DNA of 64,000 bases from Patescibacteria group bacterium (GCA_034658935.1 JAYEGE010000010.1:3903-67902); one strand, 5' to 3'. Positions 9,018 through 19,718 are shown, numbered from the stretch's first letter. Notes: generated by a model not told the origin, from the letters alone. A program made the numbers and translations.

Positions 9018-9875
9018 ATGTCGCGATGCTGGAAGATTGCTTGGGTGGGGGTCGCAGTTTTATTGATCGGGAATATTTTGGTTTGGAGTGCTGTGGCGCG
9101 GGAAGAGCGTGGGGGAGTGCTGCAGGTAGCCTTCCTTGATGTTGGCCAAGGTGATGCTATTTATATTGAAGCACCCAATGGTAATCAAGTGTTGATAGAT
9201 GGCGGCCCCGGCAAAGCTGTCTTACGTCAATTGCCACAAGTGATGCCTTTCTACGATAAGTCTATCGACCTACTTATCGCCACCCATCCCGATGCCGACC
9301 ATATATCTGGTCTGGTATCGGTATTGGAGCGCTATCAGGTCGATTATTTCATGGAGCCCGGTGTGGAAAGCGAGACGGGAGTTTACCGAGCCTTGCAAGA
9401 AGCCGTTCAAGAAGAAGGATTAGAATCAGTTCTGGCTAGACGGGGGCTGAGAGTTAACTTAGATCCCGAGCGGAACGTCTACTTAGATATTCTATTTCCT
9501 GATCGCGATCCTAAAGGTTGGAAGAGCAATGATGCTTCTATCATTACTAAGCTGAGTTACGGCCGACACTCTTTCTTATTAACCGGGGACGCGCCTAAGA
9601 AGATGGAGCAATACGTGAGCGAGCTTAATGCCGCTGGCTTGGCGGCCACCGTACTCAAGGTCGGCCACCATGGTTCTCAGACTTCCTCTGATCAAGAATT
9701 CGTATCTGCTGTCAGTCCAGATTACGCGGTGATTTCTGTTAACGCAAATAATCGTTACGGCCACCCACATCAGGTAGTGCTCGATACCTTAGACCAACTT
9801 AAAATAAAAATTTTAGATACCACCGAGGGCAATATCCAATTTGAGACGGACGGAATTAATTTGGAACTTATTTGA
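9018..9875 (+). CDS. comEC: ComEC C-terminal metallo-beta-lactamase domain, encoded as a separate ORF with its own signal-anchor helix
   Basis: N-terminal TM helix, then DVGQGDAIYIE and HPDADHISGL (the MBL HxHxDH motif) and VGHHGS. It is homologous to the C-terminal domain of full-length ComEC. Confidence 0.75.
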   Translation: MSRCWKIAWVGVAVLLIGNILVWSAVAREERGGVLQVAFLDVGQGDAIYIEAPNGNQVLIDGGPGKAVLRQLPQVMPFYDKSIDLLIATHPDADHISGLVSVLERYQVDYFMEPGVESETGVYRALQEAVQEEGLESVLARRGLRVNLDPERNVYLDILFPDRDPKGWKSNDASIITKLSYGRHSFLLTGDAPKKMEQYVSELNAAGLAATVLKVGHHGSQTSSDQEFVSAVSPDYAVISVNANNRYGHPHQVVLDTLDQLKIKILDTTEGNIQFETDGINLELI

Positions 9876-10065
9876 TTGCTAAGTGCTTATTGGCCTTGAT
9901 GCACTTGGTACAGATACGAGCTCGGCCGCCTGCGGGTAGGGTGACCCATTGGAGATTAACCTGACGGCGGCGTTTGCCGGTCGGGTTGAATTTAGTGGCA
10001 CGGACGCGGTTGGAATATCCGCCTCCTACTTGGCTAGTTTTGGCGCAAGTCAGACAACTTTTCAT
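9868..10065 (-). CDS. rpmB: 50S ribosomal protein L28 (Zn-ribbon C+ form)
   Basis: Contains CLTCAKTSQVGGGYSNRVRATKFNPTGKRR...RICTKCIKA, matching L28 with two Cys pairs. The start was trimmed to the internal Met of the 77-aa ORF. Confidence 0.8.
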   Translation of the reverse strand: MKSCLTCAKTSQVGGGYSNRVRATKFNPTGKRRRQVNLQWVTLPAGGRARICTKCIKANKHLAIK

Positions 10066-10100
10066 GAGAGCTATGTTATCATGAGAATCAAGATCTGACA

Positions 10101-10700
10101 ATGGAGGTTATTTTTCTAGTTATCATTCTAATAATGTCGGTAGTGATCCATGAAGTCTCTCATGGTTATGTCGCCGACCTCTTGGGTGACCCGACGGCTC
10201 GCTATGCTGGTCGCCTAACTCTTAATCCGCTCAAGCATCTTGATTGGTTCGGCTCTGTTATCTTGCCAGCCTTGATGGCCCTGATGGGCGGCATCATCTT
10301 CGGCTGGGCCAAGCCTGTTCCTTATAATCCCTACAATTTAAAGGCCGGCCGTTGGGGCCCGGCCTATGTCGCTGCCGCTGGCCCAGCCTCTAATCTGGTA
10401 ATCCTCCTTTTGTTTAGCCTGGCCCTTAAGTTTTTCGGCGTAGCTTTGCCACCCGCCGCCGTGGCAATTATGGGGCTAATCGTCTTAATCAACCTGATGC
10501 TGGCCATCTTTAATCTAATCCCGGTACCCCCACTCGATGGCTCTAAGATCCTCTTCGCTCTCCTCCCTCCCCGCTGGCGCCACGTCGAGACCTGGCTCCT
10601 GCGCTATCAATGGGTCCTCATAATTCTCCTCTTGCTTGTTCTCTTAAACAGCGACGCCCTGGGCCGCATAATATTCTCTTTATTCAATTGGCTAGTCTAA
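10101..10700 (+). CDS. M50 family (site-2-protease-like) zinc metalloprotease
   Basis: HEVSHG (HExxH) in the first TM segment and the PPLDGSK (LDG) motif. The protein is polytopic. Confidence 0.75.
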   Translation: MEVIFLVIILIMSVVIHEVSHGYVADLLGDPTARYAGRLTLNPLKHLDWFGSVILPALMALMGGIIFGWAKPVPYNPYNLKAGRWGPAYVAAAGPASNLVILLLFSLALKFFGVALPPAAVAIMGLIVLINLMLAIFNLIPVPPLDGSKILFALLPPRWRHVETWLLRYQWVLIILLLLVLLNSDALGRIIFSLFNWLV

Positions 10701-10757
10701 AAGGGCTATATATTTGCATTTATGGACCAGCTGTATTAAAGTAGTGCTACTGTAAAT

Positions 10758-11168
10758 ATGCCGACGATCAATCAATTAGTTAGGAACGGGCGGAAGCAAA
10801 TCAAGCGCAAATCAAGCGCTATTGCTTTGGCGCGTGGCTATAACACCCTCAAGACTCGGCCGGTCTTCTACTCCTCACCTTTCAAGCGGGGAGTTTGTAT
10901 CCAAGTCAAGACCACCACTCCCAAGAAGCCTAACTCTGCGGTCCGAAAGATTGCTCGTGTCCGTCTAACTAATGGAATGGAAGTGACCGCTTATATCCCC
11001 GGTATGGGTCATAAATTACAAGAGCACTCCGTGGTAATGCTCCGTGGTGGCCGGGTTAAGGACTTGCCTGGTGTCCGCTACCATATTGTCCGTGGTCGCC
11101 TCGATGCTGAGGGAGTAGAGAACCGCAAGCAAAGTCGATCTAAGTATGGTGCCAAGAGGCCTAAATAA
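10758..11168 (+). CDS. rpsL: 30S ribosomal protein S12
   Basis: Starts [13 protein letters not shown]; contains PNSAVRK. Confidence 0.95.
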   Translation: MPTINQLVRNGRKQIKRKSSAIALARGYNTLKTRPVFYSSPFKRGVCIQVKTTTPKKPNSAVRKIARVRLTNGMEVTAYIPGMGHKLQEHSVVMLRGGRVKDLPGVRYHIVRGRLDAEGVENRKQSRSKYGAKRPK

Positions 11169-11170
11169 TA

Positions 11171-11695
11171 ATGCGTCGTAAAATTAAAATTAAGCATCGG
11201 CTTATGCCTGACGCGACCTACCAATCGCTCAAGGTTAGTAAGTTGATCAATTACTTAATGGAGAAGGGCCACAAGAATATCGCCCGCGACATTGTTTACG
11301 GAGCCTTTGAAGATATCAAGACTAAGACTAAGCGTGACCCGTTAGAAGTTTTTGAAGATGCTATCAATAATATTGGCCCTCTCATGGAGACCAAGTCACG
11401 ACGTGTTGGTGGTGCCAATTACCAGATCCCACATGAAGTATCACCAGAGCGTCGCTTAGCGCTAACTCTGCGTTGGTTGGTGGCCTTTGCCCGAGCTAAG
11501 AAAGGTAAGCCAATCCGTGGGTGCCTGGTAGACGAGATCTTGGCGGCAGCCAAGAACGAGGGTGAAGCAGTGAAGCGCCGCGAGAATGTCCATAAGATGG
11601 CGGAGTCTAATAGGGCCTTCGCCCACTTCGCTCGTCGGCACAAAACTTCAAGGTTGGTATTAACACCGGCCGCCGCTAGGTCCTCCATAAGATAA
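11171..11695 (+). CDS. rpsG: 30S ribosomal protein S7
   Basis: S7 signature; length 174 aa with a C-terminal extension. Confidence 0.93.
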   Translation: MRRKIKIKHRLMPDATYQSLKVSKLINYLMEKGHKNIARDIVYGAFEDIKTKTKRDPLEVFEDAINNIGPLMETKSRRVGGANYQIPHEVSPERRLALTLRWLVAFARAKKGKPIRGCLVDEILAAAKNEGEAVKRRENVHKMAESNRAFAHFARRHKTSRLVLTPAAARSSIR

Positions 11696-11703
11696 CCACT
11701 ATT

Positions 11704-13845
11704 ATGGAGCGCGACTACCCCCTAGAAAAAGTTCGTAATTTTGGAATCATCGCCCATATTGATGCCGGCAAGACTACGGTTACCGAGCGGGTTCTTTTTT
11801 ATACTGGTATTTCTCATAAGATCGGTGAGGTCCATGAGGGCGACACCGTCATGGACTGGATGGAACAAGAGCGAGAGCGGGGAATCACTATCACCGCTGC
11901 TGCTACGACTTGTTTTTGGACTCCCAGTGATGTCGGAGGCGATGCCAGTAAGCGACATCGCTTCAATATTATTGACACCCCTGGCCATATCGACTTCACG
12001 ATTGAAGTTAAGCGCTCGCTCCGAGTGCTCGATGGCGCGGTGATAGTTTTCGACGGCGTTTCGGGTGTTGAACCTCAGTCTGAAACCAATTGGCGCTATG
12101 CTGATGAGGGTGGGGTGCCTCGTATGTGCTTTATCAACAAACTCGATCGGATGGGGGCGTCTTTCGAATTTTCTTATAGCACTATTCTCGATCGTTTAAC
12201 TAAGAAAGCGATACGCTGCCAATTACCTATTGGCTTAGAGGGCGATTTTGCTGGGGTAGTGGATCTCCTAACTAAAAAGGGTTATGTCTTCGAGGGTAAT
12301 ATGGGCAACGAGATCAAGGAGGTACCCGTGCCCGAAGATATGAAGGCTGACGTCGACAAGTATCACGGCGAACTCATCGAGAAGATTGTCGAGAATGATG
12401 AGCAATTAGTGAATGATTATCTCGAGGGTAAGGCCATCGATATCCCTGTTTTGAAAGCTATTCTTCGTAAGGCGGTGATTGCCAACGATATTGTGCCAGT
12501 GTTCTGTGGCTCGGCGCTTCAGAATAAAGGAGTGCAATTACTGCTAGATGCGGTGGTTGATTATTTGCCTTCCCCGCTAGATATCCCTCCGGCCAAGGGT
12601 ATTGATGAGAAGACTGATGAAGAGATTGAGGTGAAGACTGCTGATGAAGAGCCATTTGCCGCTCTCGCCTTCAAGATCCAGTCCGACCCTTTTGTTGGCC
12701 AGCTAATCTTCTTCCGAGTGTACTCGGGTACCTTGGAGACCGGTTCTTATATTTATAATCCACGAAGTAATTCTAAGGAGCGTATTGGTCGGATTGTCCG
12801 TCTGCACGCTAATGATAGAGAGGAAGTAAAGAAAGTCTTTGCCGGCGATATTGCCGCCACTGTTGGTCTGAAGGACGTTAAAACTTCAGATACTTTTTGT
12901 GACCCAGCCCGCCCAGTGATTCTAGACCAGATTGTGATTCCAGACCCAGTGGTTTCTATGCGAATAGAGCCCAAGACTAAGGTTGACCAAGAGAAATTAG
13001 GTTTAGCCCTGAAAAAACTTTCTGATGAGGACCCAACTTTTAGAGTCCAAACTGATCACGAGACAGGAGAAACTATTATCTCTGGTATGGGCGAGCTCCA
13101 TCTCGACGTTATCGCCGATAGGCTGAAGCGCGAGTTTAGTGTTGAGGCTAACGTCGGCCAACCGCAGGTTGCTTATCGCGAAACTATTACTGCCAATGCG
13201 GAAGCTGAGGGTAAGTACATCAAACAATCCGGTGGTCGTGGTCAATATGGCCATGTCCGTATCCGAATCAAGAAATTGGAGCCCATCGATCCAGAGGCGA
13301 AGGTGCCTAAAAATGTTAAGCGCGAGGCTAATTTTGAATTCATTAACTCGATTAAAGGTGGTGCTATTCCTCAGGAATATATCCCCGCAGTAGAGAAGGG
13401 CCTGCGTGAATCTATGGATCGCGGCGCTGTCGCTGGTTATCCGCTGGTTGATATCTCCGTCGAGCTCTATGACGGTTCTTACCACGATGTTGACTCCTCT
13501 GAGATGGCCTTCAAGATCGCCGGCTCTATGGCCCTGCAGGATGGGGTTAAGAAGTCCAAGCCAGTGCTCCTTGAGCCGGTAATGAGGGTGGAGGTTATTG
13601 TCCCCGAGAAATTCATGGGCGACATCACTGGCCAACTCAACTCTAAGCGTGGCCAGATTGAAGGGATGGAGGACCGAGCCAATCTCAAAGTTATCCGAGC
13701 CAATGTTCCGCTATCTGAAATGTTTGGATATGTCACCAGTCTGCGCTCACTCACCGAGGGCCGCGGTAATTTCACCATGGAATTTGAGCGTTACGAGATC
13801 ATCCCTCATAACGTCGCCGAGAAAATCATTGCTACCAGAAAATAG
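11704..13845 (+). CDS. fusA: Elongation factor G
   Basis: Contains [14 protein letters not shown] (G1), DTPGHIDF and the full five-domain length of 713 aa. Confidence 0.95.
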   Translation: MERDYPLEKVRNFGIIAHIDAGKTTVTERVLFYTGISHKIGEVHEGDTVMDWMEQERERGITITAAATTCFWTPSDVGGDASKRHRFNIIDTPGHIDFTIEVKRSLRVLDGAVIVFDGVSGVEPQSETNWRYADEGGVPRMCFINKLDRMGASFEFSYSTILDRLTKKAIRCQLPIGLEGDFAGVVDLLTKKGYVFEGNMGNEIKEVPVPEDMKADVDKYHGELIEKIVENDEQLVNDYLEGKAIDIPVLKAILRKAVIANDIVPVFCGSALQNKGVQLLLDAVVDYLPSPLDIPPAKGIDEKTDEEIEVKTADEEPFAALAFKIQSDPFVGQLIFFRVYSGTLETGSYIYNPRSNSKERIGRIVRLHANDREEVKKVFAGDIAATVGLKDVKTSDTFCDPARPVILDQIVIPDPVVSMRIEPKTKVDQEKLGLALKKLSDEDPTFRVQTDHETGETIISGMGELHLDVIADRLKREFSVEANVGQPQVAYRETITANAEAEGKYIKQSGGRGQYGHVRIRIKKLEPIDPEAKVPKNVKREANFEFINSIKGGAIPQEYIPAVEKGLRESMDRGAVAGYPLVDISVELYDGSYHDVDSSEMAFKIAGSMALQDGVKKSKPVLLEPVMRVEVIVPEKFMGDITGQLNSKRGQIEGMEDRANLKVIRANVPLSEMFGYVTSLRSLTEGRGNFTMEFERYEIIPHNVAEKIIATRK

Positions 13846-13865
13846 AGGCGTGGGTGGTATATATG

Positions 13866-13908
13866 AAAAGAATCCCCGATTCGCCATGGCGAATCGGGGA
13901 TTTGGTTT
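13866..13908. terminator. Bidirectional Rho-independent terminator (perfect 30-nt palindrome ATCCCCGATTCGCCATGGCGAATCGGGGAT)
   Basis: A 14-bp GC-rich stem flanked by T-runs on both strands. It lies between convergent fusA and the small ORF at 13921-14148. Confidence 0.8.
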
Positions 13909-13920
13909 ATGGGTCTTAGT

Positions 13921-14148
13921 TCAAGACGCTGACTCGAGCTCGCTTTCGAGGCAACCAAAGCCGTGATCCTCGCCCATGAATTCGATCACATACTCGGGTA
14001 CGTCGCTCGCCCACTCCTTCCTTGGTTTGCATCTCCGGATCTCGCATTTCTTCCCGTCGTTCTTGGTGATCCCAGAGCTACCTCGATTGGTGAAAACACA
14101 TATTTGGCCCACTTTGAGGCGGTGTTCCCGGGGCATCCTTCTGATCAT
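13921..14148 (-). CDS. Small Cys-containing hypothetical protein (75 aa)
   Basis: It has a strong Shine-Dalgarno (AAAGGAGAT, 6 nt before ATG), which is unusual in this window. It is convergent with fusA across the bidirectional terminator. No family recognised. Confidence 0.45.
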   Translation of the reverse strand: MIRRMPREHRLKVGQICVFTNRGSSGITKNDGKKCEIRRCKPRKEWASDVPEYVIEFMGEDHGFGCLESELESAS

Positions 14149-14305
14149 TTCGGTATCTCCTTTCTGGGTTGTATATTAGTCTTTATCTGACCCTTGTCAA
14201 CGGGCTGTAATTATCCCTTGGTCAATACGTTTATAGGGTATATGATGAATTGAGGGTAAGAACCCTATATTATCGTCATTTTTACCAGATTAATCGTTCA
14301 ATTAT

Positions 14306-15325
14306 ATGAATAAAGCTATTTATTGGTTATTTGTCCCGGCGCTTGCTCTTGCTATGGCAAGTACGGCCTCGGCTCAGACCGGCAATCAGGATATCGCAAA
14401 CTCGATTACTAGTATTCCTGGATCGGGGATAGTAAGTCCAGATTCCAACGGTAATTGCCCTAGTGCCTACCAAAAGTCTGGGGATGTTTGCATTAAGCCA
14501 TTACCCACTAATGCATCTAGTAATGGCGGCGGAGTTGTAGGTGACGGCTCGCCAGGGAATCAGTCTAGTCAGTCTGGCGGTAGTGCGGGGCACGGAAACA
14601 GTAGCCAGCCTCAAATGTTGCCTACGGTCATTGGTTCTGGCCAATTCACTGTTGCGCCAAACTCTGAGGGTAATTGCCCTGAGGGTTACAAGACTGGAGC
14701 GAATGGCAAGACCTGCTTGAAGCCATCTATAAGCGTTAGCGAGAGCAGCGATGTGAAGATTGTGATCGACTCTGGCCAGATCTCCATTGAAGATGCAGCC
14801 AAATTGCCCCCTAAACCTAGCAGTTCCAGTGGTGGTTCCGGTGGTGGAAAGAAAGCCACTTTCCAGACCCAAACTAGAACTAATGCCGGTATCCAAACTG
14901 TAGTCAGTGTTGGTATTAGCTCAGGTGGGTCTGGTAGTGGCGGTGCCAAGCAGGTGAATGTGGAGGTAGTTGATGGAGGGGTTGTTATTACTGAAGGCGA
15001 TCAGGTAGTTCCCACCGAAGTAAAAGTGGAGATCGCTGATGGCAAGATCAAGCTCGGTAAAGACAAGGGAGAGCTCAAGGTCTTACCTTCCGTGGCTTCT
15101 GAGAAGGCTGTTGCTGTCTTGGGCGAAAAATACGATAGAGTAGAGTTGAAAGAGGTTGGTAATAAGGAAACAGCCTATGTTTTTGAGAAGGATGTCGAGG
15201 AGAAGTTCCTCGGCCTCTTCAAGATTAAGGTTGTCTCGAAGGTCAATGTGAGGACGGAGTCTGGTGCTGATGACATCTCCACTCTCAAGGTCAAAAAGCC
15301 TTGGTGGAGCTTCCTGACTTTCTAA
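14306..15325 (+). CDS. Secreted Gly/Ser-rich protein with signal peptide and duplicated NGNCPxxYxxG...C(I/L)KP Cys motifs
   Basis: N-terminal MNKAIYWLFVPALALAMASTASA signal. Contains the repeats SNGNCPSAYQKSGDVCIKP and SEGNCPEGYKTGANGKTCLKP. Composition is low-complexity G/S-rich. Confidence 0.6.
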   Translation: MNKAIYWLFVPALALAMASTASAQTGNQDIANSITSIPGSGIVSPDSNGNCPSAYQKSGDVCIKPLPTNASSNGGGVVGDGSPGNQSSQSGGSAGHGNSSQPQMLPTVIGSGQFTVAPNSEGNCPEGYKTGANGKTCLKPSISVSESSDVKIVIDSGQISIEDAAKLPPKPSSSSGGSGGGKKATFQTQTRTNAGIQTVVSVGISSGGSGSGGAKQVNVEVVDGGVVITEGDQVVPTEVKVEIADGKIKLGKDKGELKVLPSVASEKAVAVLGEKYDRVELKEVGNKETAYVFEKDVEEKFLGLFKIKVVSKVNVRTESGADDISTLKVKKPWWSFLTF

Positions 15326-15347
15326 CCCCAATTCTGAATTTTCTTAA

Positions 15348-15381
15348 ACAATCATCCCCTCCGAGGGGGTGATTTTGTTTT
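15348..15381 (+). terminator. Rho-independent terminator (AATCATCCCCTCCGAGGGGGTGATT plus T-run)
   Basis: A GC-rich hairpin followed by TTTTGTTTTT, downstream of the 14306-15325 CDS. Confidence 0.7.
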
Positions 15382-15485
15382 TATCGCTTTATTTGACTCT
15401 GTTTTTCTTCTCTGCTAGTATGTTTCTATGCTTTTAGCGCTAGCTTTTTGAGCGAAATTAAAATTAATAACTAAAAATTAGTAAT

Positions 15486-16691
15486 ATGGCAGAGAACAAG
15501 TTTGAGCGTAATAAACCCCACTTGAATGTGGGCACCATCGGGCATGTCGACCACGGCAAGACTACTCTTACCGCTGGCATTCTCCATGTTTTGGATTTGA
15601 ATAAAGATAAGGACTACGGTTCACGAGTTGAGCCGGTAGACAATATCGATAACGCGCCTGAAGAAAAGGCACGTGGTATTACCATTGCTCTCCACCATTC
15701 AGAGTATTGGACCCCTACGCGCCATTACGCCCATATCGATGCTCCTGGCCACGCTGACTATATTAAGAACATGATTACCGGTGCCGCTCAGATGGACGGC
15801 GCTGTTATTGTGGTTGCTGCTACTGACGGTGTGATGCCCCAGACGCGCGAGCATATCCTCTTGGCCCGCCAGGTTGGTGTACCTAAGATCATTGTTTTCC
15901 TGAACAAGGTTGATATGGTTGATGATCCTGAATTAATCGATCTAGTCGAGGCTGAGGTACGTGAACTCCTCTCTAAGTACGAATATGATGGCGATAACGC
16001 ACCAGTTATCCGCGGTTCTGGTCTCAAGGCTCTTGATGCCAAGAGCGCCGATGATGAATGGGCCAAGGGTATCTTTGAGTTAGTGAATGCTCTTGATGAG
16101 CATATTCCTGATCCAGTTCGTGAGACCGATAAGCCTTTCCTCATGCCGATTGAAGATATCTTCACTATCGAAGGTCGTGGCACGGTGGTTACTGGCCGTA
16201 TCGAGCGTGGCCAAGTTAAGGTTGGTGAAGAAATAGAGATGATCGGTATTAACCCAACCACTAAAACTACTGTAACTGGTATCGAGATGTTCAATAAGCA
16301 GCTCGATGAGGGTATGGCTGGCGATAATGCTGGTATTCTATTGCGGGGTACCAAGAAGGAAGACGTGACTCGTGGTCAGGTGCTTGCTAAGCCTGGTTCC
16401 GTTACTCCTCACACTGAGTTTGAGTCTGAGGTCTATATCTTGAAGAAAGAAGAGGGTGGCCGTCATACTCCTTTCCTTACTGGTTATAAGCCTCAATTCT
16501 ACATTCGGACTACTGACGTGACTGGTGAGGTTACCTTAGCTGATACTTCTAAAATGGTAATGCCTGGAGACACCGTGACCTTCAAGGTTAAGTTGGTGGC
16601 CCCAGTTGCTCTAGAAGAGAAACAGCGTTTCGCTATCCGTGAAGGGGGCAAGACAGTTGGCGCTGGAGTGGTCACCAAGATTGTTGCTTAA
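15486..16691 (+). CDS. tuf: Elongation factor Tu
   Basis: Contains [20 protein letters not shown] and NKVD. Length 401 aa. Confidence 0.97.
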   Translation: MAENKFERNKPHLNVGTIGHVDHGKTTLTAGILHVLDLNKDKDYGSRVEPVDNIDNAPEEKARGITIALHHSEYWTPTRHYAHIDAPGHADYIKNMITGAAQMDGAVIVVAATDGVMPQTREHILLARQVGVPKIIVFLNKVDMVDDPELIDLVEAEVRELLSKYEYDGDNAPVIRGSGLKALDAKSADDEWAKGIFELVNALDEHIPDPVRETDKPFLMPIEDIFTIEGRGTVVTGRIERGQVKVGEEIEMIGINPTTKTTVTGIEMFNKQLDEGMAGDNAGILLRGTKKEDVTRGQVLAKPGSVTPHTEFESEVYILKKEEGGRHTPFLTGYKPQFYIRTTDVTGEVTLADTSKMVMPGDTVTFKVKLVAPVALEEKQRFAIREGGKTVGAGVVTKIVA

Positions 16692-16720
16692 CCTCTGTAA
16701 TAAAGTCACAATCAAGGAAC

Positions 16721-17083
16721 ATGTCAGCCACAGCCACTAAAACTAAGAAAGCATCCAGTAAGGCCGATATGACTGATTTCCAGAAGATGAGGATTCGAGT
16801 CTCGGCCTATGAGTCGAAGATTCTAGACGCTAGTGTTAAGCAAATCGTCGATACTGCCATTCGTTACGAGGGCACTCTTCACGGGCCAGTACCTTTGCCA
16901 ACTGAAGTAAAGAAGTACACGGTCAATCGCAGCTCCTTTGTTCACAAAAATGCTCGGGAACAATTCGAGATGAGGACTCATAAGCGCTTGATCGACATTC
17001 TTAATCCTAGCGCTAAGATTATCGAGAGTCTAACTAACCTAACTCTACCGTCGGGGGTCAATATTGACGTCAAGCTAATGTAG
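16721..17083 (+). CDS. rpsJ: 30S ribosomal protein S10. The true start is probably an internal Met near 16769-16787.
   Basis: MRIRVSAYESKILD matches S10 QRIRIRLKAFDHRLID. The ORF has an N-terminal extension relative to the ~102-aa norm. Confidence 0.88.
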   Translation: MSATATKTKKASSKADMTDFQKMRIRVSAYESKILDASVKQIVDTAIRYEGTLHGPVPLPTEVKKYTVNRSSFVHKNAREQFEMRTHKRLIDILNPSAKIIESLTNLTLPSGVNIDVKLM

Positions 17084-17114
17084 CTGTTAGCTTCTGACTT
17101 ACAGCTTTCAGCTT

Positions 17115-17732
17115 ATGAAATTTATCTTGGGTAAAAAAGAGGGTATGACGCAAGTCTTCGACGGAGAAGGCCAGGTTTGGCCTGCGACCGTTTTCACTGT
17201 CAGCCCGGCGACTATTACTCAGCTGAAGACAGTCAAGAGGGATGGATACGATGCCCTGCAATTAGGCTTTGGTGAGCATCGCGTTAAGCATGTTGCCAAG
17301 TCGCAGCAGGGTCACTTCAAGAAGGTAGGAGATACCTTATTTCGTCACTTGCGCGAGGCGCAGGTGGACGAAGGCTCTGAAGCCAAGGTTGGTGATCAAT
17401 TTGGCGTAGGCGATATGTTCGCTGAGGGCGATATGGTGACCGTCTCTGGTGTTTCGAAGGGGAAAGGCTTCCAGGGGGTGGTAAAGCGCCATGGTTTTCA
17501 TGGTGGGCCACGATCTCATGGCCAGAAACATACTGAGCGGGCCCCAGGTTCCATAGGCGGGGGCATGGCTAGGGTGATCAGGGGTCGGCGTATGCCTGGT
17601 CGTATGGGTGCCGATAGGGTGACGGTTAAGAATCTCATAGTTCTTCAGATTGATAAGGATAATGATCGTCTATTGATCTCGGGAGCGGTCCCAGGGCGGA
17701 GAGGGACCATGGTAGAAATAGCGGGTAAATAA
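17115..17732 (+). CDS. rplC: 50S ribosomal protein L3
   Basis: L3 family sequence; position after rpsJ. Confidence 0.93.
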   Translation: MKFILGKKEGMTQVFDGEGQVWPATVFTVSPATITQLKTVKRDGYDALQLGFGEHRVKHVAKSQQGHFKKVGDTLFRHLREAQVDEGSEAKVGDQFGVGDMFAEGDMVTVSGVSKGKGFQGVVKRHGFHGGPRSHGQKHTERAPGSIGGGMARVIRGRRMPGRMGADRVTVKNLIVLQIDKDNDRLLISGAVPGRRGTMVEIAGK

Positions 17733-17733
17733 T

Positions 17734-18438
17734 ATGGAAACTACTGTCTATAACCAAGAGGGTAAAGAAACTGGCAAGGTCACACTACCTGAGCAGCTTT
17801 TTGGTCTACCTTGGAATTCAGATTTGGTCCACCAGGTTGTGGTAGGGATGCAGGCTAATCTCCGGACCAATACCGCCGTGGCCAAGGGCCGTGGAGTGGT
17901 TCGTGGCGGCGGCCGTAAGCCCTGGCGGCAGAAGGGGACGGGTCGGGCCAGGCATGGTTCTATTCGTTCTCCATTATGGCGTGGCGGCGGTGTCACCCAC
18001 GGCCCAACTGCCGAACGTGATTATCACCAGAAGATTAATCACAAGATGCGCAACAAAGCTCTATTGACTGTTTTGTCACAAAAACAACGTGACGGAGAGC
18101 TTGTCTTTGTTGACCGACTTGAGATCACCGCCCCTAAGACTGGTATGGCCCAACAAGCAGTTAATAAGCTTGGTCGGGCTACTGGTCACAAGAGTTTAAC
18201 TTATCGAAATGGTAAGCGAGTTCTTTTTCTGGTTCCCCAATCTGGCGAGGCTTTGACCAAAAGTTTTCACAATTTGCCTGGCGCGGCAATTGAGGAGGTT
18301 CGTAATTTGAATCCTCTTAATGCTTTGACTTATCAGTATCTGATCTTTGCTGACCCAGAATCTGGCTTACCGGTTCTAGAGAGCCGAGCAGGTTTAAATG
18401 AGATTAAGTCTGAGACTAAAGTTAAGGCCAAATCTTAA
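17734..18438 (+). CDS. rplD: 50S ribosomal protein L4
   Basis: L4 family; S10 operon order. Confidence 0.9.
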   Translation: METTVYNQEGKETGKVTLPEQLFGLPWNSDLVHQVVVGMQANLRTNTAVAKGRGVVRGGGRKPWRQKGTGRARHGSIRSPLWRGGGVTHGPTAERDYHQKINHKMRNKALLTVLSQKQRDGELVFVDRLEITAPKTGMAQQAVNKLGRATGHKSLTYRNGKRVLFLVPQSGEALTKSFHNLPGAAIEEVRNLNPLNALTYQYLIFADPESGLPVLESRAGLNEIKSETKVKAKS

Positions 18439-18440
18439 TC

Positions 18441-18740
18441 ATGTCTACCCTCGGCCATCAAACTCAATCGGTTCTCGATGTCTTGGTTAGTCCCTATATT
18501 ACCGAGAAAGCGTCCCGGGCTTCATCTGTGGCCTTCCCTGTCTATACCTTCAAGGTGGCCCCGCGGGCGACTAAGCCGATGGTGATCCAGGCGATTAAGG
18601 AGAAATATAAAGTGACTCCGATCAAGGTCAACATGATCAATTTGCATCCCAAGAAGAAGAGGATTCGTGGTCGGATTGGTTACACTTCGGCAGTCCGCAA
18701 GGCACTTGTTTATCTTAAGTCGGGAGATAAGATCGAGTAA
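18441..18740 (+). CDS. rplW: 50S ribosomal protein L23
   Basis: L23 family; operon order. Confidence 0.88.
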   Translation: MSTLGHQTQSVLDVLVSPYITEKASRASSVAFPVYTFKVAPRATKPMVIQAIKEKYKVTPIKVNMINLHPKKKRIRGRIGYTSAVRKALVYLKSGDKIE

Positions 18741-18749
18741 CAATTCAAT

Positions 18750-19592
18750 ATGAAAAAGTTCAAACCAACTTCCCCTGGTCGACGGCAAATGTCGGTTGTT
18801 TCCTATCGCGGAGTTTTAACTACTGATAAGCCACATAAGTCTCTGACCAAGGGCATCAAACGTCGGGCTGGTCGCAATAATGCTGGCCGGATCACTACTC
18901 GACATCAAGGAGGCGGACACAAGCGACGTTATCGTCAGATTGATTTTCTCTACAATAAGACTGATGTTCCCGCTAAAATTGAGACTATTGAGTACGATCC
19001 TAACCGCAGTGGTTTTATCGGCATAGCTCTCTATGCTGATGGCGAGCGGCGTTATGTGCTCTTGCCGGCCGGTCTCAAGGTCGGAGACAAGTTTATTGTT
19101 TCGACTGAGGCGGAATTGCGCCCCGGCAATCGTCTTCCTTTGAAAAAAATCCCAGTAGGTACCTTTGTCTATAATATTGAATTGCAGGCTCGTGGTGGCT
19201 CTAAGTTGGTTCGTTCGGCAGGTACCTTAGCGCAAGTTTTGTCTAATGACGCCGGTTATACCAATATTAAATTGCCTTCTACTGAGGTCCGAAAGGTCAA
19301 CGAGAATGCCTGGGCGACCATTGGCGCTGTCTCTAATTCAGAGTGGAAATTAACCAACCTCGGTAAGGCTGGTCGTTCTCGATGGCTCGGTATTCGTCCC
19401 ACAGTCCGAGGATCAGCGATGAATCCGGTAGACCATCGTCACGGTGGCGGTGAGGGGCGTCAGGGTATTGGCTTGCGCCGTGGGCCAGTCACGCCTTGGG
19501 GTAAGCAGGCGCTCGGCGTCAAAACCCGCCGACCTAAGAAGTATTCCAATGTATTCAGGGTTTCTCGTCGCAAAACCGGCAAAAAGCGCTAA
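18750..19592 (+). CDS. rplB: 50S ribosomal protein L2
   Basis: Contains GRNNAGRITTRHQGGGHKR and the C-terminal GGGEGR motif. Confidence 0.95.
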   Translation: MKKFKPTSPGRRQMSVVSYRGVLTTDKPHKSLTKGIKRRAGRNNAGRITTRHQGGGHKRRYRQIDFLYNKTDVPAKIETIEYDPNRSGFIGIALYADGERRYVLLPAGLKVGDKFIVSTEAELRPGNRLPLKKIPVGTFVYNIELQARGGSKLVRSAGTLAQVLSNDAGYTNIKLPSTEVRKVNENAWATIGAVSNSEWKLTNLGKAGRSRWLGIRPTVRGSAMNPVDHRHGGGEGRQGIGLRRGPVTPWGKQALGVKTRRPKKYSNVFRVSRRKTGKKR

Positions 19593-19718
19593 TTTGACCT
19601 GTTGTCCAGTTTTTGTTAGTCTAGACGCACGCTCAGCGGGCTCAGCGGATGGTCAGGCCGGCCCCGACGCTTCGGCTGGGGTCTGTATTTTTCTTCAGCT
19701 TTCTATCATTTTGTAATC

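Noticed and set aside
11419-13778. Multiple antisense or alternate-frame ORFs inside rpsG, fusA, tuf, FtsH, IleRS and others (for example 13003-13635, 15788-16354, 23746-24501, 52746-53402)
   Set aside because: Each lies entirely within a well-supported conserved gene on the opposite strand or in another frame. Typical GC-driven spurious ORFs.
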